This document shows positions 39,683 through 51,916 of a stretch of DNA of 64,000 bases, in pieces. The notes beneath the pieces are model-generated. The model saw only the letters and a program-made list of their open reading frames with translations, made no database searches and was not told where the DNA came from. How positions within the stretch are numbered: the first letter of the stretch is position 1; every line of letters starts with the position of its first letter. The translations under genes and the position numbers were made by a program. The stretch is from Octopus sinensis (lineage: Eukaryota): positions 135,849,567 to 135,913,566 of the forward strand of contig NC_043001.1 in NCBI RefSeq assembly GCF_006345805.1, in the 5' to 3' direction.

Positions 39683-40560
39683 TATATATATTAATATGTA
39701 TGATGTGCTTCTTTTTGGTTTCTGCCTACCAAATCCAGTCACAAGGCTTTACTTGGCCCAAGACTATAATAGAAGACACTTGTCCAAGGTGCCATGCAGT
39801 AAGACTGAACCTTAAATCTTGTAGTTGGCAAGCAAGCTTCTTACCACACAGTTATGGCTGCACCTATACTGAAAATTTAGACCATTTATTAGAGATAAGG
39901 TTTTAACTTGGAGATTAGCTTTATTATGAGTTATATTCTACAGGGCAAACATAAAAAGTAGGACTTAAAAATGGAGCATTTTTTTTAACAGCTTCATCCT
40001 TTAGTATTACTGTTAAGTGCAATGCATATTTATTCATATTGTTTTGAATTAATCTTGCATTATCATATGGCATCAAGATTTCAATGATGGGATTGCTTAT
40101 TTTTAAAATAAGATTGTAGGATAGGTATGAGAGGCTGGATCTAGTAAGTTTAAATGTAAAACAGGTAGAAATTTTGGGGCTGGATATTGCCAGTTTAAAG
40201 GTTAATTAGAGAAGGAAAGGCAACACACAAAATCTATTTTTTCTGAAGACTGTTGGGAAGAAGGAGAATTAGAGACTGAAAGTAGAGTTGTGGCCTGAAT
40301 GCTTTTCAATAGAAAGGACTGCAATGAAACTACGAAAGGACCAGGCAGTGGTGTTAAACTGGGTGAAAGAGAGCATCTATTTACCAACCATGAAATCTGA
40401 AATTAAAGAGGTGGAACAAATACTGCCAGGAGCCATGTCTGGCGTTCTAGTAGTTCCAACAGTCAAACAACCTGGAACTGGTATTATATTTTATTGACCA
40501 TAAAAGGATGAAAGGTAAAGTTGACCTCAGCGGGGTTTGAACTCAAAGATGAAAAAGAAA

Positions 40561-40909
40561 TGAGTGGCTGTGTGGTAAGTAGCTTGCTAACCAACCACAT
40601 GGTTCCGGGTTCAGTCCCACTGCGTGACATCTTGGGCAAGTGTCTTCTGCTATAGCCCCGGGCCGACCAATGCCTTGTGAGTGAATTTGGTAGACGGAAA
40701 TTGAAAGAAGCCTGTCGTATATATGTATATATATATATATGTGTGTATGTGTTTGTGTGTTTACGTCCCCGTCACTTAGCGGTTCGGCAAAAGAGACCGA
40801 TAGAATAAGTACTAGGCTTACAAAGAATAAGTCCCGGGGTCGATTTGCTCGACTAAAGGTGGTGCTCCAGCATGGCCGCAGTCAAATGACTGAAACAAGT
40901 AAAAGAGTA
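40561..40909 (+). mobile_element. SINE family A (internal deletion)
   Basis: Similarity to the other copies. Confidence 0.85.
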
Positions 40910-41042
40910 ATACAAGGCATTTTGTCCTACACCCTAAAGATTCAGCCATTTCCATACATGCTATACATTTACATCTGCAACAATTTGCATTTTTTTTTCT
41001 AGGGAAAAGAAATGAAGACTTATATATTCAATGATAAGTTAA

Positions 41043-41262
41043 TCCTTTAGCATTTGAACTGGCCACATTCAGCCGAAATATTCTACCCACTTTATGTTCA
41101 AACTGGCCAAATCTGGTCCCTCACACCTACTCTACAATGTCATTCTTTAAATATATAATCACATCATGAAACTCTTGAAGCTACAAGATAATTCATAATT
41201 AATTCAAAACAATGGGAATAAATAAGCAGAACATTTAACAGAATAATCTGAATGCTAAAGGG
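41043..41262. mobile_element. piggyBac-like MITE, complete with TTAA on both sides
   Basis: ttaa|tcctttagcatt...aatgctaaaggg|ttaa. Confidence 0.8.
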
Positions 41263-42117
41263 TTAAACTTAAAAGCAATAAAGTTGTGTGTGTGTGTGTG
41301 TGGGTGGGTGAGAGAGTGAGAGTAAGAGAGAGGGGGGGTAGAGAGCAGCTTCAAAATGAGACATGCAGGTAAAACATGGTGCTTATTTCATTAAGTGGTT
41401 GTTCAACAAGTGTTAAATTTTGTTTAATTACTAAGATAATATGACAGAACCAACAAGAGACTTTCACTTCTGTTATTATCAGAGTTGACCAAACTAGTTT
41501 CTCAATGAAGTACTTGACTCAAATTGTTAAATGTCCTCTTAGATATTTATTGTTAAAAGTGAGGTCACACGCTGTAAATCAGGATCTCAAGATAAAGTTG
41601 AAGAGGCAGTGAATAGAAAGTTAGATGTAAATTAAGTTTACATTATATCAAAGCTATAGATAGTATTATGTTGACTTGAACTGTGTAACTGAAGTGCTGC
41701 TGAATAACTTTAGAATATTATCATTTATTAGCGACCTGCCGAATCATCATGAGTTACATTTTATAACAATGACTTAAGTATATTTCTTTACTACCCACAA
41801 GGGGCTAAACACAGAGGGGGCAAACAAGGACAGACAAACGGTTTAAGTTGATTACATCGACCCCAGTGCGTAACTGGTACTTAATTTATCGACCCTGAAA
41901 GGATGAAAGGCAAAGTTGACCTCGGCGGAAGTTGAACTCAGAACGTAACAGCAGACGAAATACGGCTACGCATTTCGCCCAGCATGCTAACGTTTCTGCC
42001 AGCTCGCCGCCTAATGACTTAAGTAGGACTCAGAATGGACTGACATAGCAGTTTCTGTCTAACAGTCAAACCCATGCCTACATGGAATACAGAGCGAGAG
42101 AGAGAGAGAGAATGACA

Positions 42118-42599
42118 CAGTTGTGGCCAAAAGTTAAGCCTAAGTACAATTTGATTTAAATATATACAAGCCTCCTGGCCCCCGTGCCGGTGGCACGTAA
42201 AAAGCACCATCCGATCGTGGCCGTTTGCCAGCCTTGTCTGGCACCTGTGCTGGTGGCACATAAAAAGCACCCACTACACTCACGGAATGGTTGGCGTTAG
42301 GAAGGGCATCCAGCTGTAGAAACACTGCCAGATCAGACTGGGCCTGGTGCAGCCTTCTGGCTTCCCAGACCCCAGTTGAACCGTCCAACCCATGCTAGCA
42401 TGGAAAACGGACGTTAAACAATGATGATGATAATGATGACAACATATAATTTTAGGCATTTAACATGAAATTCTAATTTTCAGACCTGTTTCAAACTTTT
42501 GGCGAAGTAATGGTATATTGCAAATTAAATATAACTTTGGGCATTTAATATAAAAATTCTAATTTTCAGACCTATGTTCCAAACTTTTGGCCACAACTG
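42118..42599. mobile_element. Tc1-like MITE interrupted by a SINE
   Basis: TIRs cagttgtggccaaaagt / acttttggccacaactg, TA on the right flank. The subterminal ~50 bp is duplicated (42455-42502 vs 42540-42591). Confidence 0.7.
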
Positions 42600-43112
42600 T
42601 ACATCCATACATACATACATGCATAGCACCTTAGAAAATACTACTAACTCTGGGAAGCAGGTTGCTAAGATAATTAACAATCTATTTAACAGGGAACTGC
42701 AGAAGCTCAGCCAAGCTTAAACCTTGGTTATACATTTATAAAATGCAAGTTGATCTTTTTTTAGGCTCTTTTCTTTTCTGTAATGTTTGTATGTTTAAAG
42801 GTGTGTGCATGCCTTAAACAGACTTCAGAAATCGTATTTCACCATTTGCTAACTTCGGCTGACAGGTGTGCAATTACACAACGTAACAATTTAAAAAAAA
42901 AAAAATTGCTTATTGTATTTTTTTTATTGTTTATCAATCCATTTTTTCTGCTGATTCCAAAAATACAATTATTTTTTGTGTATCACCAACAGTTAAAAAA
43001 ATATCTCGACTTTCAATGTTATTATATATTTGGTATTGTTATAATGTTCTGCTACTAAATGTATGTCTAATTTTCTCTTTCAGACCAATTACTAAGTTCT
43101 GCTACTTTCAGG

Positions 43113-44760
43113 ATGGCTACTAGAGTATGTAAAAATTCTTCAGATACATTTTGTTATGTGTGTGGTTATTATATTGGAAAAAAGCAGGTATTACATAAGG
43201 TTGTGAAAGGTGCCAAATTGTGGATAGCGTACAGACTCTATTTTGGAATGCCCATGGGTGACCAGGACAAACCATGGGCCCCACATGTGATATGTGGAAG
43301 CTGTCAATCTATTCTAGAAGGATGGTTAAGAGGTACAGGAAGGTCAACGCCTTTTGCCATTCCAAGGGTATGGGGAAAGTCAAAGAACCATCACGATGAC
43401 TGTTACTTTTGTATGATCGATGTGACAAAGTCCAGAAAAGTGAAAGGAAGACAAGCTCTTCAGTATCCAGACATACCATCATCTAGAGCACCTGTCCCAC
43501 ATAATGACAGTTTATGAGTACCACTACCACCAGAAAATATTTCATCTGAAGAGTCAACAAGTAGTAGCAGCCAAGAAATGGAGGAAGCTTTCGTACCAAG
43601 AATGACTTCGGAGCCTCGCTTTCCAAATCAGAGTGAGCTATATGATTTAATTAGGGATCTGGCTCTTACTAAATCAGGAGCTGAACTTCTTTCATCAAGG
43701 TTGAAGGAATGGAATCTACTGGGGGAAGACTGCAAGACATTTGTGTATGGGAAACGCCATGAAGAATTTGAAATTAACTATGAAAATATTAATGATCTGT
43801 GTTATTGTAAAGATGTGACTGGTTTGTTTACTGCTATTGGACTCAAGCATGGTTCTGCAGAATGGCGACTGTTCATAGCTCAACACAAAGTCTCAAAGCA
43901 GTGTTGTTCCACAGTGGAAATAAATATCCTTTGCCTCTTGCACACTCCATACAGAAGAAAATTACAATAATATCAAAGAACTTCTTGACAAAATAAAGTG
44001 GGATGTTTGTGGTGATTTCAAGATGCTTGCCTTCTTGCTTGGCTTGCAAGGAGGATACACAAAGTATTCATGTGTCCTTTACTTATGGGACAGCAGAGCT
44101 GATGATGATCATTACAAGAGAGTACATTGGCCCCCACGAGTGGAACTGCAGCCAGGAATATTAAATGTTCTCAAACAGCCTCTAGTAGATTCCAACAAAA
44201 TCTTATTGCCCTCACTTCATATCAAACTCGGATTGGTAAAACAGTTTGTGAAGGCCTTAGATTTTAGAGGAGAAGCTTTTCAAGAAATTTGTCTTATGTT
44301 TCCAAAGCTGTCTGAGGCTAAGATCAAGGGTGGCATATTTGTTGGGTCCCAAGTAAATGCAATGTTAAAGTCGAAGAAACTGGTAAGAGAGATGACAAAA
44401 GTTGAAAAAGAAGCTTGGTGTGAATTTTGTGATATAGTTCGTGGATTCTTAGGAAATCACAAGGATCCTAATTACAAACAGCTGGTAGCAAAGCTTATTG
44501 AAAACTTCAAGAAAATGGGTTGTTGTATGTCCTTAAAGGTTCAATTTTTGCACTCTCACCTAGATTTTTTCCATGAAAACTTGAGTGATGTCAGTAAGGA
44601 GCATGGTGAGAAATTTCATCAGGACATCGCAACTATGGAAAGAAGATATCAAGGACGATGGAATACTGCTTTGATGGGAGATTATATATGGTCTCTAGTC
44701 AGAAGAGATGAAGGTATACACCCCAGAAAATCTCGATCGTCAAAGCATTTCTCAGCTTAA
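43113..44760 (+). pseudogene. Transposase pseudogene (Chapaev3-like), split over three ORFs
   Basis: N-terminal CxxC..GDQDKPWAPHxxCxxC..NHxxDCYFC zinc finger, then WRLFI, GDFKMLAFLLGLQGGYTKY, LHIKLGLVKQFVKAL and EHGEKFHQDI..MERRYQG. In-frame TGA at 43515-43517 and frameshifts near 43880-44000. Confidence 0.8.
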
Positions 44761-45003
44761 GAAAAGAGTTATCAAGGCATTTACAGTGCAGAGTTTTATT
44801 GTTTCTTTTTGTTCTAACTAATATTATACTTCCTAAATGCCTTTCTATATATGAAAAAATACTAAATATTGTGTAATTATCTTTACAATACTAGAATAGA
44901 TTGAACCAACAAAGTGCTGTGGAGAAAAGTTACAATATAATGAGCAAATATGAAATTAGGAATAAATGTGATTTTTAAAAAATTTAATGGCAAAAAATGC
45001 ATA

Positions 45004-45406
45004 TATAGGCGCAGGAGTGGCTGTGTGGTAAGTAGCTTGCTAACCAACCACATGGTTCCGGGTTCAGTCCCACTGCGTGGCATCTTGGGCAAGTGTCTTC
45101 TGCTATAGCCTCGGGCCGACCAATGCCTTGTGAGTGGATTTGGTAGACGGAAACTGAAAGAAGCCTGTCGTATATATGTATATGTATGTGTATGTGTGTC
45201 TGTGTTTGTCCCCCCCAACATCGCTTGACAACCGATGCTGGTGTGTTTGCGTCCCCATCACTTAGCGGTTCGGCAAAAGAGACCGATAGAATAAGTACTG
45301 GGCTTACAAAAAGAATAAGTCCCGGGGTCGATTTGCTCGACTAAAGGCGGTGCTCCAGCATGGCCGCAGTCAAATGACTGAAACAAGTAAAAGAGTGAAA
45401 GAGAGT
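45004..45406 (+). mobile_element. SINE family A
   Basis: Full-length copy. Confidence 0.88.
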
Positions 45407-45596
45407 ATGTATTACATTGTTATTGGTAAAATAGGACATTTGCCAGTCGAAAACTTTTTTTTTTTCAATACCAGTCTATTAATTTCTATTTTAATTATCA
45501 TCCATCTTATTTAAAAGATATCGTATTGTTCTGCAACATTCCGTGGGCCATTATTTTGGGGCAATTAAAGAGTTTTTGGTCTCGACAAAGTGAAAC

Positions 45597-46285
45597 TATT
45601 TGTTCGGCAAGTTCCGTAAAACATTTTTATTTCTTTACTTCTTTCATCTTACCCACACACTTCTACATACATACATAAAAATACATAAACGTAAACGATT
45701 CGTAAAAACATAAAACAGGTATAAATGTATATCTATGTGTGTGTGTGTATCTATATATGTTTGTATGTAATTGTGTGAAGTTCCGTATAAATTTTTTATT
45801 CCTTTAACGTTTATTTTTTGCAGCTGAACAGTGAAAAGGACTTGAACATTGACACACACTCGCACATATATATATTTCTTTACTACCCATAAGGGGCTAA
45901 ACACAGACGGGACAAACAAGGACAGAAAAAGGGATTAAGTCGATTACATCGACCACAGTGCGTAACTGGTACTTAATTTATCGACCCCGAAAGGATGAAA
46001 GGCAAAGTCGACCTCGGCGGAATTTGAACTCGGAACGTAACGGCAAACGAAATACCACTAAGCATTTCGCCCGGTATGCTAACGTTTCTGCCAGCTCGCC
46101 ACCTTCGCTTACGCAGATATAGATACACATACATACATAAATATACATGTTTTGTTTTCACGAATCGATTACGTTTATGTATTTTAGTGTATATATGTAG
46201 AGGTCTGTGTGTAAGCTGAAAAAAGAAGTAAAGAAATAAAAAATGTTTTACTGATTGATTGCTTATTTTGGAACTTGCGAAATAT
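45597..46285. repeat. ~140-bp imperfect inverted repeat pair (45597-45740 / 46130-46285) around a SINE
   Basis: taaaacatttttatttctttacttc..tacataaacgtaa.cgattcgt is complementary to acgaatcgattacgtttatgta..gaagtaaagaaataaaaaatgtttta. Confidence 0.75.
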
Positions 46286-46314
46286 TTCAGTTTTCGTATA
46301 TTATCAATTAAGTT

Positions 46315-46428
46315 TAATAATAATAATAATAAAACATTGTGTATAGTGCTCAGGTGCACTACAACTCATCTAAAGTGTATACATAATCAGGTGTAGTTTC
46401 GGCGGATTTCGGAAAGCATGAGGGCCTT
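46315..46428 (-). mobile_element. Short 3'-end fragment of the same CR1-like LINE
   Basis: Near-identical to 11680-11770 (gtgctcaggtgcactacaactcatctaaagtg). Confidence 0.8.
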
Positions 46429-47040
46429 TATTAAAAGTTGTTTCATTATCACAAAAAAAAAACTCCCAAAAAACAGCCGCCTCGTTTAGTAACGAGGAAC
46501 AATTAACAAAGCAACTGTTTTTATGCGCATTCAATCTAAGCGCCTTTTAATTATTTAAAGGGTGTGATTTACTGAAATACAAACAGCATGCCTTATTATG
46601 CAACACAGAGACATGTAACAACAAAGGAGGTGATATGAAAACACCCAATGTTAAAACGTTTTTATGAACTTAGCGCCAACCTGTTTTTTACGCAGAATAA
46701 AAGTACATTTCGTTGTTTACATTCGCTTGAAAATCGGGACCACTCTACGATACTAGTACGCAAGTCTTATCCTTAAAAGCAATAAATGAACATAAATAAA
46801 TATTAATTCTTCTTTAAGGCGATCTTTCGTCTCCTTTAAGGCGATCTACTAGAGACGAAAGATCGCCCTTCTTTAATTTTGAAGTGGGAAGTATTTATAA
46901 ACATGTTAATTGCATAAAGTTAATTGAATAACTGTCTAGAAAAGTCGAAGTCGGCAGTCAGATTAGAAAAGTAAAATCAACGCTAGGAATGTAATTGATG
47001 GTACAAAAAAAGAAAAAAGGGTCTAATACAAGTGACTTAC

Positions 47041-47104
47041 CAGCAGCATCAGCAACAAGAGAACCGATGACGGCTCCAATTCGACGTTCGGCCACAGTTG
47101 CCAT
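47041..47104 (-). CDS. Exon 1 of J1-crystallin / selenoprotein J-like (ADP-ribosylglycohydrolase family) gene: MATVAERRIGAVIGSLVADAA
   Basis: ATG at 47104, 64 nt, followed by a canonical G|GTAAGT donor (phase 1). The R-x-x-GA-x-IG-x-x-VADAA motif is the typical ARH/J1-crystallin N-terminus. Confidence 0.9.
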
Positions 47105-47505
47105 GCTTTCCGGACTAAGCACAAGTCTTACTGATTGTAACAGGGGAGATGACTTACCCAGAACTTTCATGGAACAAGGGAAGTAAGCTCAGTTATAGTT
47201 TATAATAGAAGAAATAAGATGGGGTCGACTTTGCCTTACGTTCTGAGTTCAAATTCCGCCGGGGTCGACTTTGTCTTTCATCCTCTCGGGGTCGATAAAT
47301 AAAGTACCAGTTTCGCACTGGGTCGATATAATCGACTTGATCCCTTTGTCTGTCTTTGTTTGTCCCCTCTATGTTTAGCCCCTTGTGGGCAATAAAGAAA
47401 TATATATATATCATCATCATCATCATCGTTTAACGTCCGTTTTCCACGCTAGCATGGGTTGGACAGTGCAACTGGGGTCTGGGAAGCAAGGAGGCTGCGC
47501 CATGC

Positions 47506-47822
47506 CAGGGTATCCCAGAAGTCTTGAGAACATTTCAAGTCCTCATATCTGCTGGACTATGATTGGTAGTAAGATGAAACTCGTACCATTTTAGAGCTAA
47601 ATTCATTAAGTTTTTTGTAATGCTAATGATTTTTCATATTTTCCAGATCCAGTAATGGCGTTCACTCAACCAGAAAATGCGTTTTGCGTCCTTGAATTTG
47701 CAAAACCTGAATCATGGACACTTGTTCAACGTGCATTTCGCACAAAATTCCGAAAAGAGGCACCAGAAAGGAAGTCCATATTGTCATGGTAAATTCATGA
47801 AGGATGGGTGTTTCTGCCCAGC
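47506..47822 (+). mobile_element. Tc1/mariner-family 5' fragment (DUF4817-like HTH)
   Basis: CAGGGT-type end, then MAFTQPENAFCVLEFAKPESWTLVQRAFRTKFRKEAPERKSILSW* from 47655. Confidence 0.6.
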
Positions 47823-48084
47823 TGAGTTGCTACGAAGGTGAATAAAAATTCAGAATGAGGGACTGAAACAGGTAAAATCCAGCCTACATATGCTTCTTAG
47901 CTAGCAAGCAGATCCTCTGATATAATAATTACTCAACGAGAGTTACTTAGCTAGCTACTCACCAGGCCAAAGATACTTTAATTATATGAAGGCTACATTG
48001 TCCTTAAAGAATCCCAAGTTAATTCACCGAAGATATAATTTGAAATATACACATATATGTATGTGTGTGCGTATGCATGTATGT

Positions 48085-48470
48085 CTTCTATTTTTCAAAT
48101 ATCATAAATCTACCACTGAGGAGGGAGCCGGTTTCTAACAAAGATACAAGGTTCCATCTTTGGGTTGTAGTTAACACAGACAAATTCGCATTTGGAACTT
48201 TAGAAAAGTCTTGCATATTTTTACTGTTCCACTCACAGATTGCACTTATAATGTACAAATCAGCTGGTCGATTTCTCTTTCTGAAAATCCCAGTTTATCC
48301 AGATTCTCCTTTAAGCATTTACTAACAAAACCTAGTGCTCCAATTATCATTGGTATGAATGTGAATTCATAATCTGGATATAGAAGCTGGAAGTTTCAAA
48401 GCAGTTGTCCATAGATATCCTCTTCTTTGATTTTCAAAGAGATATTTATATCTGCAGGGCAACTATGATG
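48085..48470 (-). mobile_element. Older, more decayed 3' end of a related RLE-type element
   Basis: Remnants of CPADIN..KEDIYGQL..YPDYEF.FIPMIIGALG. Shares ccggtttctaac..aga..caaggttcc with 48650-48680. Confidence 0.6.
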
Positions 48471-48553
48471 GTACATGGCCTATAGTTTCCTGCCATCTCA
48501 GTGATTTCATTTTTGGCAACAAAATTTGTCTTTGCTGTAGCAAGCCAATTTAG

Positions 48554-48589
<36 letters not shown>

Positions 48590-48603
48590 TGTATGTATGT
48601 ATG

Positions 48604-49513
48604 TCATTATTCAATTTATTTCAAGATTTCTTACCAATAGAGAAAGAATCGGTTTCTAACCTAGATCCAAGGTTCCTTCATTGGAATTTCAACATCAACA
48701 ACAGGGTATTTTTGTTTGTATGTATGTATTTATGTATGTATGCATGTATGTATGTATGTATGTATGTATGTATGTATGTATGTATGTGCAGATTTGTATG
48801 TTTTATGTATGTATTCTCGTGCAAATAGTTAAACATCTAGACATGCTCATATGCATTTAAATGATAAACTTCTGGAAAGTTTTACAGATTTTTACAGTTC
48901 CAGTGATGGATTGGATCTGTAGTCTTCGAATTAGCCTTCTCCTTTCTGGTTTTAAGATGCCTAATTTCTCAAGATTGGTATTTAGGAAGTGTGTTACATA
49001 TCCTAGGGCCCCAATAATTACAAGTATAACACTGAACTTGTAATCTGGATAGCATAACTGCAAATTTCTCAATAGTTCTCTTTTTCACAGATCTTCAGCT
49101 TTATGTTAACATCCGCTGGGCAGCTAATTTCCACAACGGTACACAGTTTCTGTTCTCTATCCCAAATCATTTTATCAGGTCTGTTGTGCTTACATTTTAT
49201 TGAGGTCTTCACTGGTACATTCCACCAGTATTCCTTTTTATTATGAGTAGCTATGGCTTCTACCATATTGTGGGGTTTTATTTCTTTGTCCTCGGGATTA
49301 TCCTTCCGATGGATTTCATTATAGAGTGTCCTAGCTACAGCGTCATGTCTCATCGGTAGATAATACCATGATGAGGTTTTCGGACAGCTGCTTATGATGT
49401 GGGTTATATCTTCAGTGTGAACTCCACAAAGTCTGCATCGGTTGTCACATTTTACAGCTTTTCCCGCATCTCTATCCCTTTTGTGCATCAGGTACATGGT
49501 TGATATTTCCTGC
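48604..49513 (-). mobile_element. 3' end of an RLE-type non-LTR retrotransposon (R4/Dong- or CRE-like)
   Basis: CRLCG..HIISSC zinc knuckle, RHD, NRPD..IWD..VVEISCP endonuclease motif and IIGALG. Embedded in (TATG)n tracts. Confidence 0.8.
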
Positions 49514-49561
49514 ATGTATGTATGTATGTATGTATGTATGTATATATCGGTGCGTATGCTC

Positions 49562-49911
49562 TTTTACTCTTTACTCTTTTACTTGTTTCAGTCATTTGAC
49601 TGCGGCCATGCTGGAGCACCGCCTTTAATCGAGCTTTTTGCTGAACCACTAAGTAACGGGGACATAAACACACCAGAATCGGTTGTCAAGCAATGCTAGG
49701 GGACAAATACAGACACACAAACACACACACGCATATATATATACATATATACGACGGGCTTCTTTCAGTCTACCAAATCCACTCACAAGGCTTTGGTCAG
49801 CCCGAGGCTATAGTAGAAGACACTTGCCCAAGGTGCCATGCAGTGGGACTGAACCTGGAACCATGTGGTTGGTAGACAAGCTACTTACCACACAGCCACT
49901 CCTGCGCCTAT
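49562..49911 (-). mobile_element. SINE family A (internal deletion)
   Basis: Similarity to the other copies. Confidence 0.85.
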
Positions 49912-50254
49912 TGTATGTATAGGGTTGTGTGTATATTTCTATTTGTCTCCTTGTTTTCACATCTTGTAATAGTTCAAAATGATCGTCATACAAGCAATGT
50001 CATTTATTTCCAGCCTTCTGTGAAAAATCTCTCTAATATTCTCCCTGTTTTATGTTAAAACTGATCAGATCCAGCCTCTCTCACCTATCCTACAATGACA
50101 TTCTAAAAATATACAAACACACCATCAAAATCTCAAAGCTACAAGATAATGCATGATTAATTCAAAATAATGTGAATAAATAAGAGATGCATTTAACAGA
50201 ATAATCTGAATGCTAAAGAGTTAATCTGATTGTAATTAAAATTTTTATACAAGA

Positions 50255-50616
50255 CTAGCACTATGACCCGGCGTTGCCGGGTCATAGTGCTAGTGCATGC
50301 ATATACAGCTGCGTGCGTGCACACATACACGCGAGTACTGTCCAAATCTCTGACCAATCACATACAGCTAGCTGGCATTCAATTGGCATATCAAGTTTCG
50401 GGCATTTTGATTGGGTTTTGGATAGAAAATTCACCAAAAAGTCACTTCTATTGATTTTTTAATGGCTTTGTGGGGTGACTGGGGAAGTGTAAAGATTTGC
50501 ACGACCACCCTTGGACGGTTTTGAATGACCATAGAAAGTGCGAGCCCTCTAACTGAAAAATTGTGGATTTGTATAAAGGACATGCAGACATTTTGCCGTT
50601 TATATATAGAGAGAGA
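50255..50616 (-). mobile_element. Non-autonomous Helitron with 41-nt terminal palindrome
   Basis: 5' TCTCTCTCTATATAT and 3' CTAG on the minus strand. Homologous copies at 29696-30032 and 50855-51054. Confidence 0.75.
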
Positions 50617-50986
50617 TTTCATGTTGATATGTGTTCCAAATACGAGGTTAATAAGGATAAAGTTATTTCACTAAGTTCTTCTCCATTTCCAAACTAAAAA
50701 TGAAGGCACCAGCATGGGTGTGTGTTAAGGAGTTTGCTTCTCAACCATCTGGTCTTGAATTCAGTCCCACTGGGCTAAACCATGTCTAAGTGTCTTCTAT
50801 AATGGCCCCAGGCTGACCAAAACCTTGTGTTTGGATTTGCTTGACAGAACATGAAAGTGGGGTGACTGGGGAAATGTAAAGATGTGCACGACCACCCTTG
50901 GACAGTTTTGAATGACCATAGAAAGTGCGAGCCCTCTAACTAAAAAATTGTGGATTTGTATAAAGGACATGCGTACACATACGCAT

Positions 50987-51032
<46 letters not shown>

Positions 51033-51595
51033 TTTACCGTTTATATATATAGAGATTTCTATGAGGTAACAAAGTATGAAATATATTTCCTTCTGACAAT
51101 AGTAATTAAATAAATTAACACATAACTGAAATGTTTTTCCATTGATCTAGAAAAGATAATAGTTGTAGTCGTTGGCAGCAGCGGCGGCGGTGATGATGAT
51201 AATCATAATGATGCTAGTGATGTTCCTACTAGGGCAGTCTTTATCGGGCAGACATACAATCAATGGCATTCTAGACATGACCATCTCACCTCTTTTCCCT
51301 TTATGTAATGAATTTTGAACCACATTATTGAATGTGTCCTTTTTCTAAGAGGGTAATGTGTGATTTTAGAGACAAATTTTGACTACTATTTCTAGCAGGT
51401 TGTCTGACTACTTAGAGGCTACCTTTGTTTGCTGGAAAAGACAATGAATCATTGTAATGATCCATAGATAACGTCACATGATCACACTGAAGTCATCACA
51501 TGATGACAAAGGCTTACTGCGGCCCACCATTTAATCGGTATATTATATGATGTAATGCACTTTAGATGAGAGAAAAAAGGAGAGAGAGAGAGAGA

Positions 51596-51631
<36 letters not shown>

Positions 51632-51820
51632 GCGAGACTAAAAGACAGAGAGAAACAGAAAGCGAGAGGCAGACTGACTGAGAGAGAGAGAGAGAGAGAT
51701 GGAAAGTGAGAGTTTGTGAGTGAGTGAGTGAGTGAGAGAATGAGAGAAAGAGAGAGAAACAGAAACAGACAGACGGACAGATAGACAGACAGAAACAAAA
51801 GGATGACGACAGTCAAAAAC

Positions 51821-51856
<36 letters not shown>

Positions 51857-51916
51857 TAATTATTAAAATACTACTGCAGAAATGCCTTTATGCGCAGGTG
51901 TGGCTGTGTGGTAAGA

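Larger units (their letters stand above)
42877..45421 (+). mobile_element. Decayed Chapaev3-like (CMC) DNA transposon, right end interrupted by a SINE
   Basis: Left end CACAACGTAACAA. A degenerate complementary end, attacattgtt, lies at 45411-45421 after the SINE. Contains the transposase pseudogene below. Confidence 0.6.
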
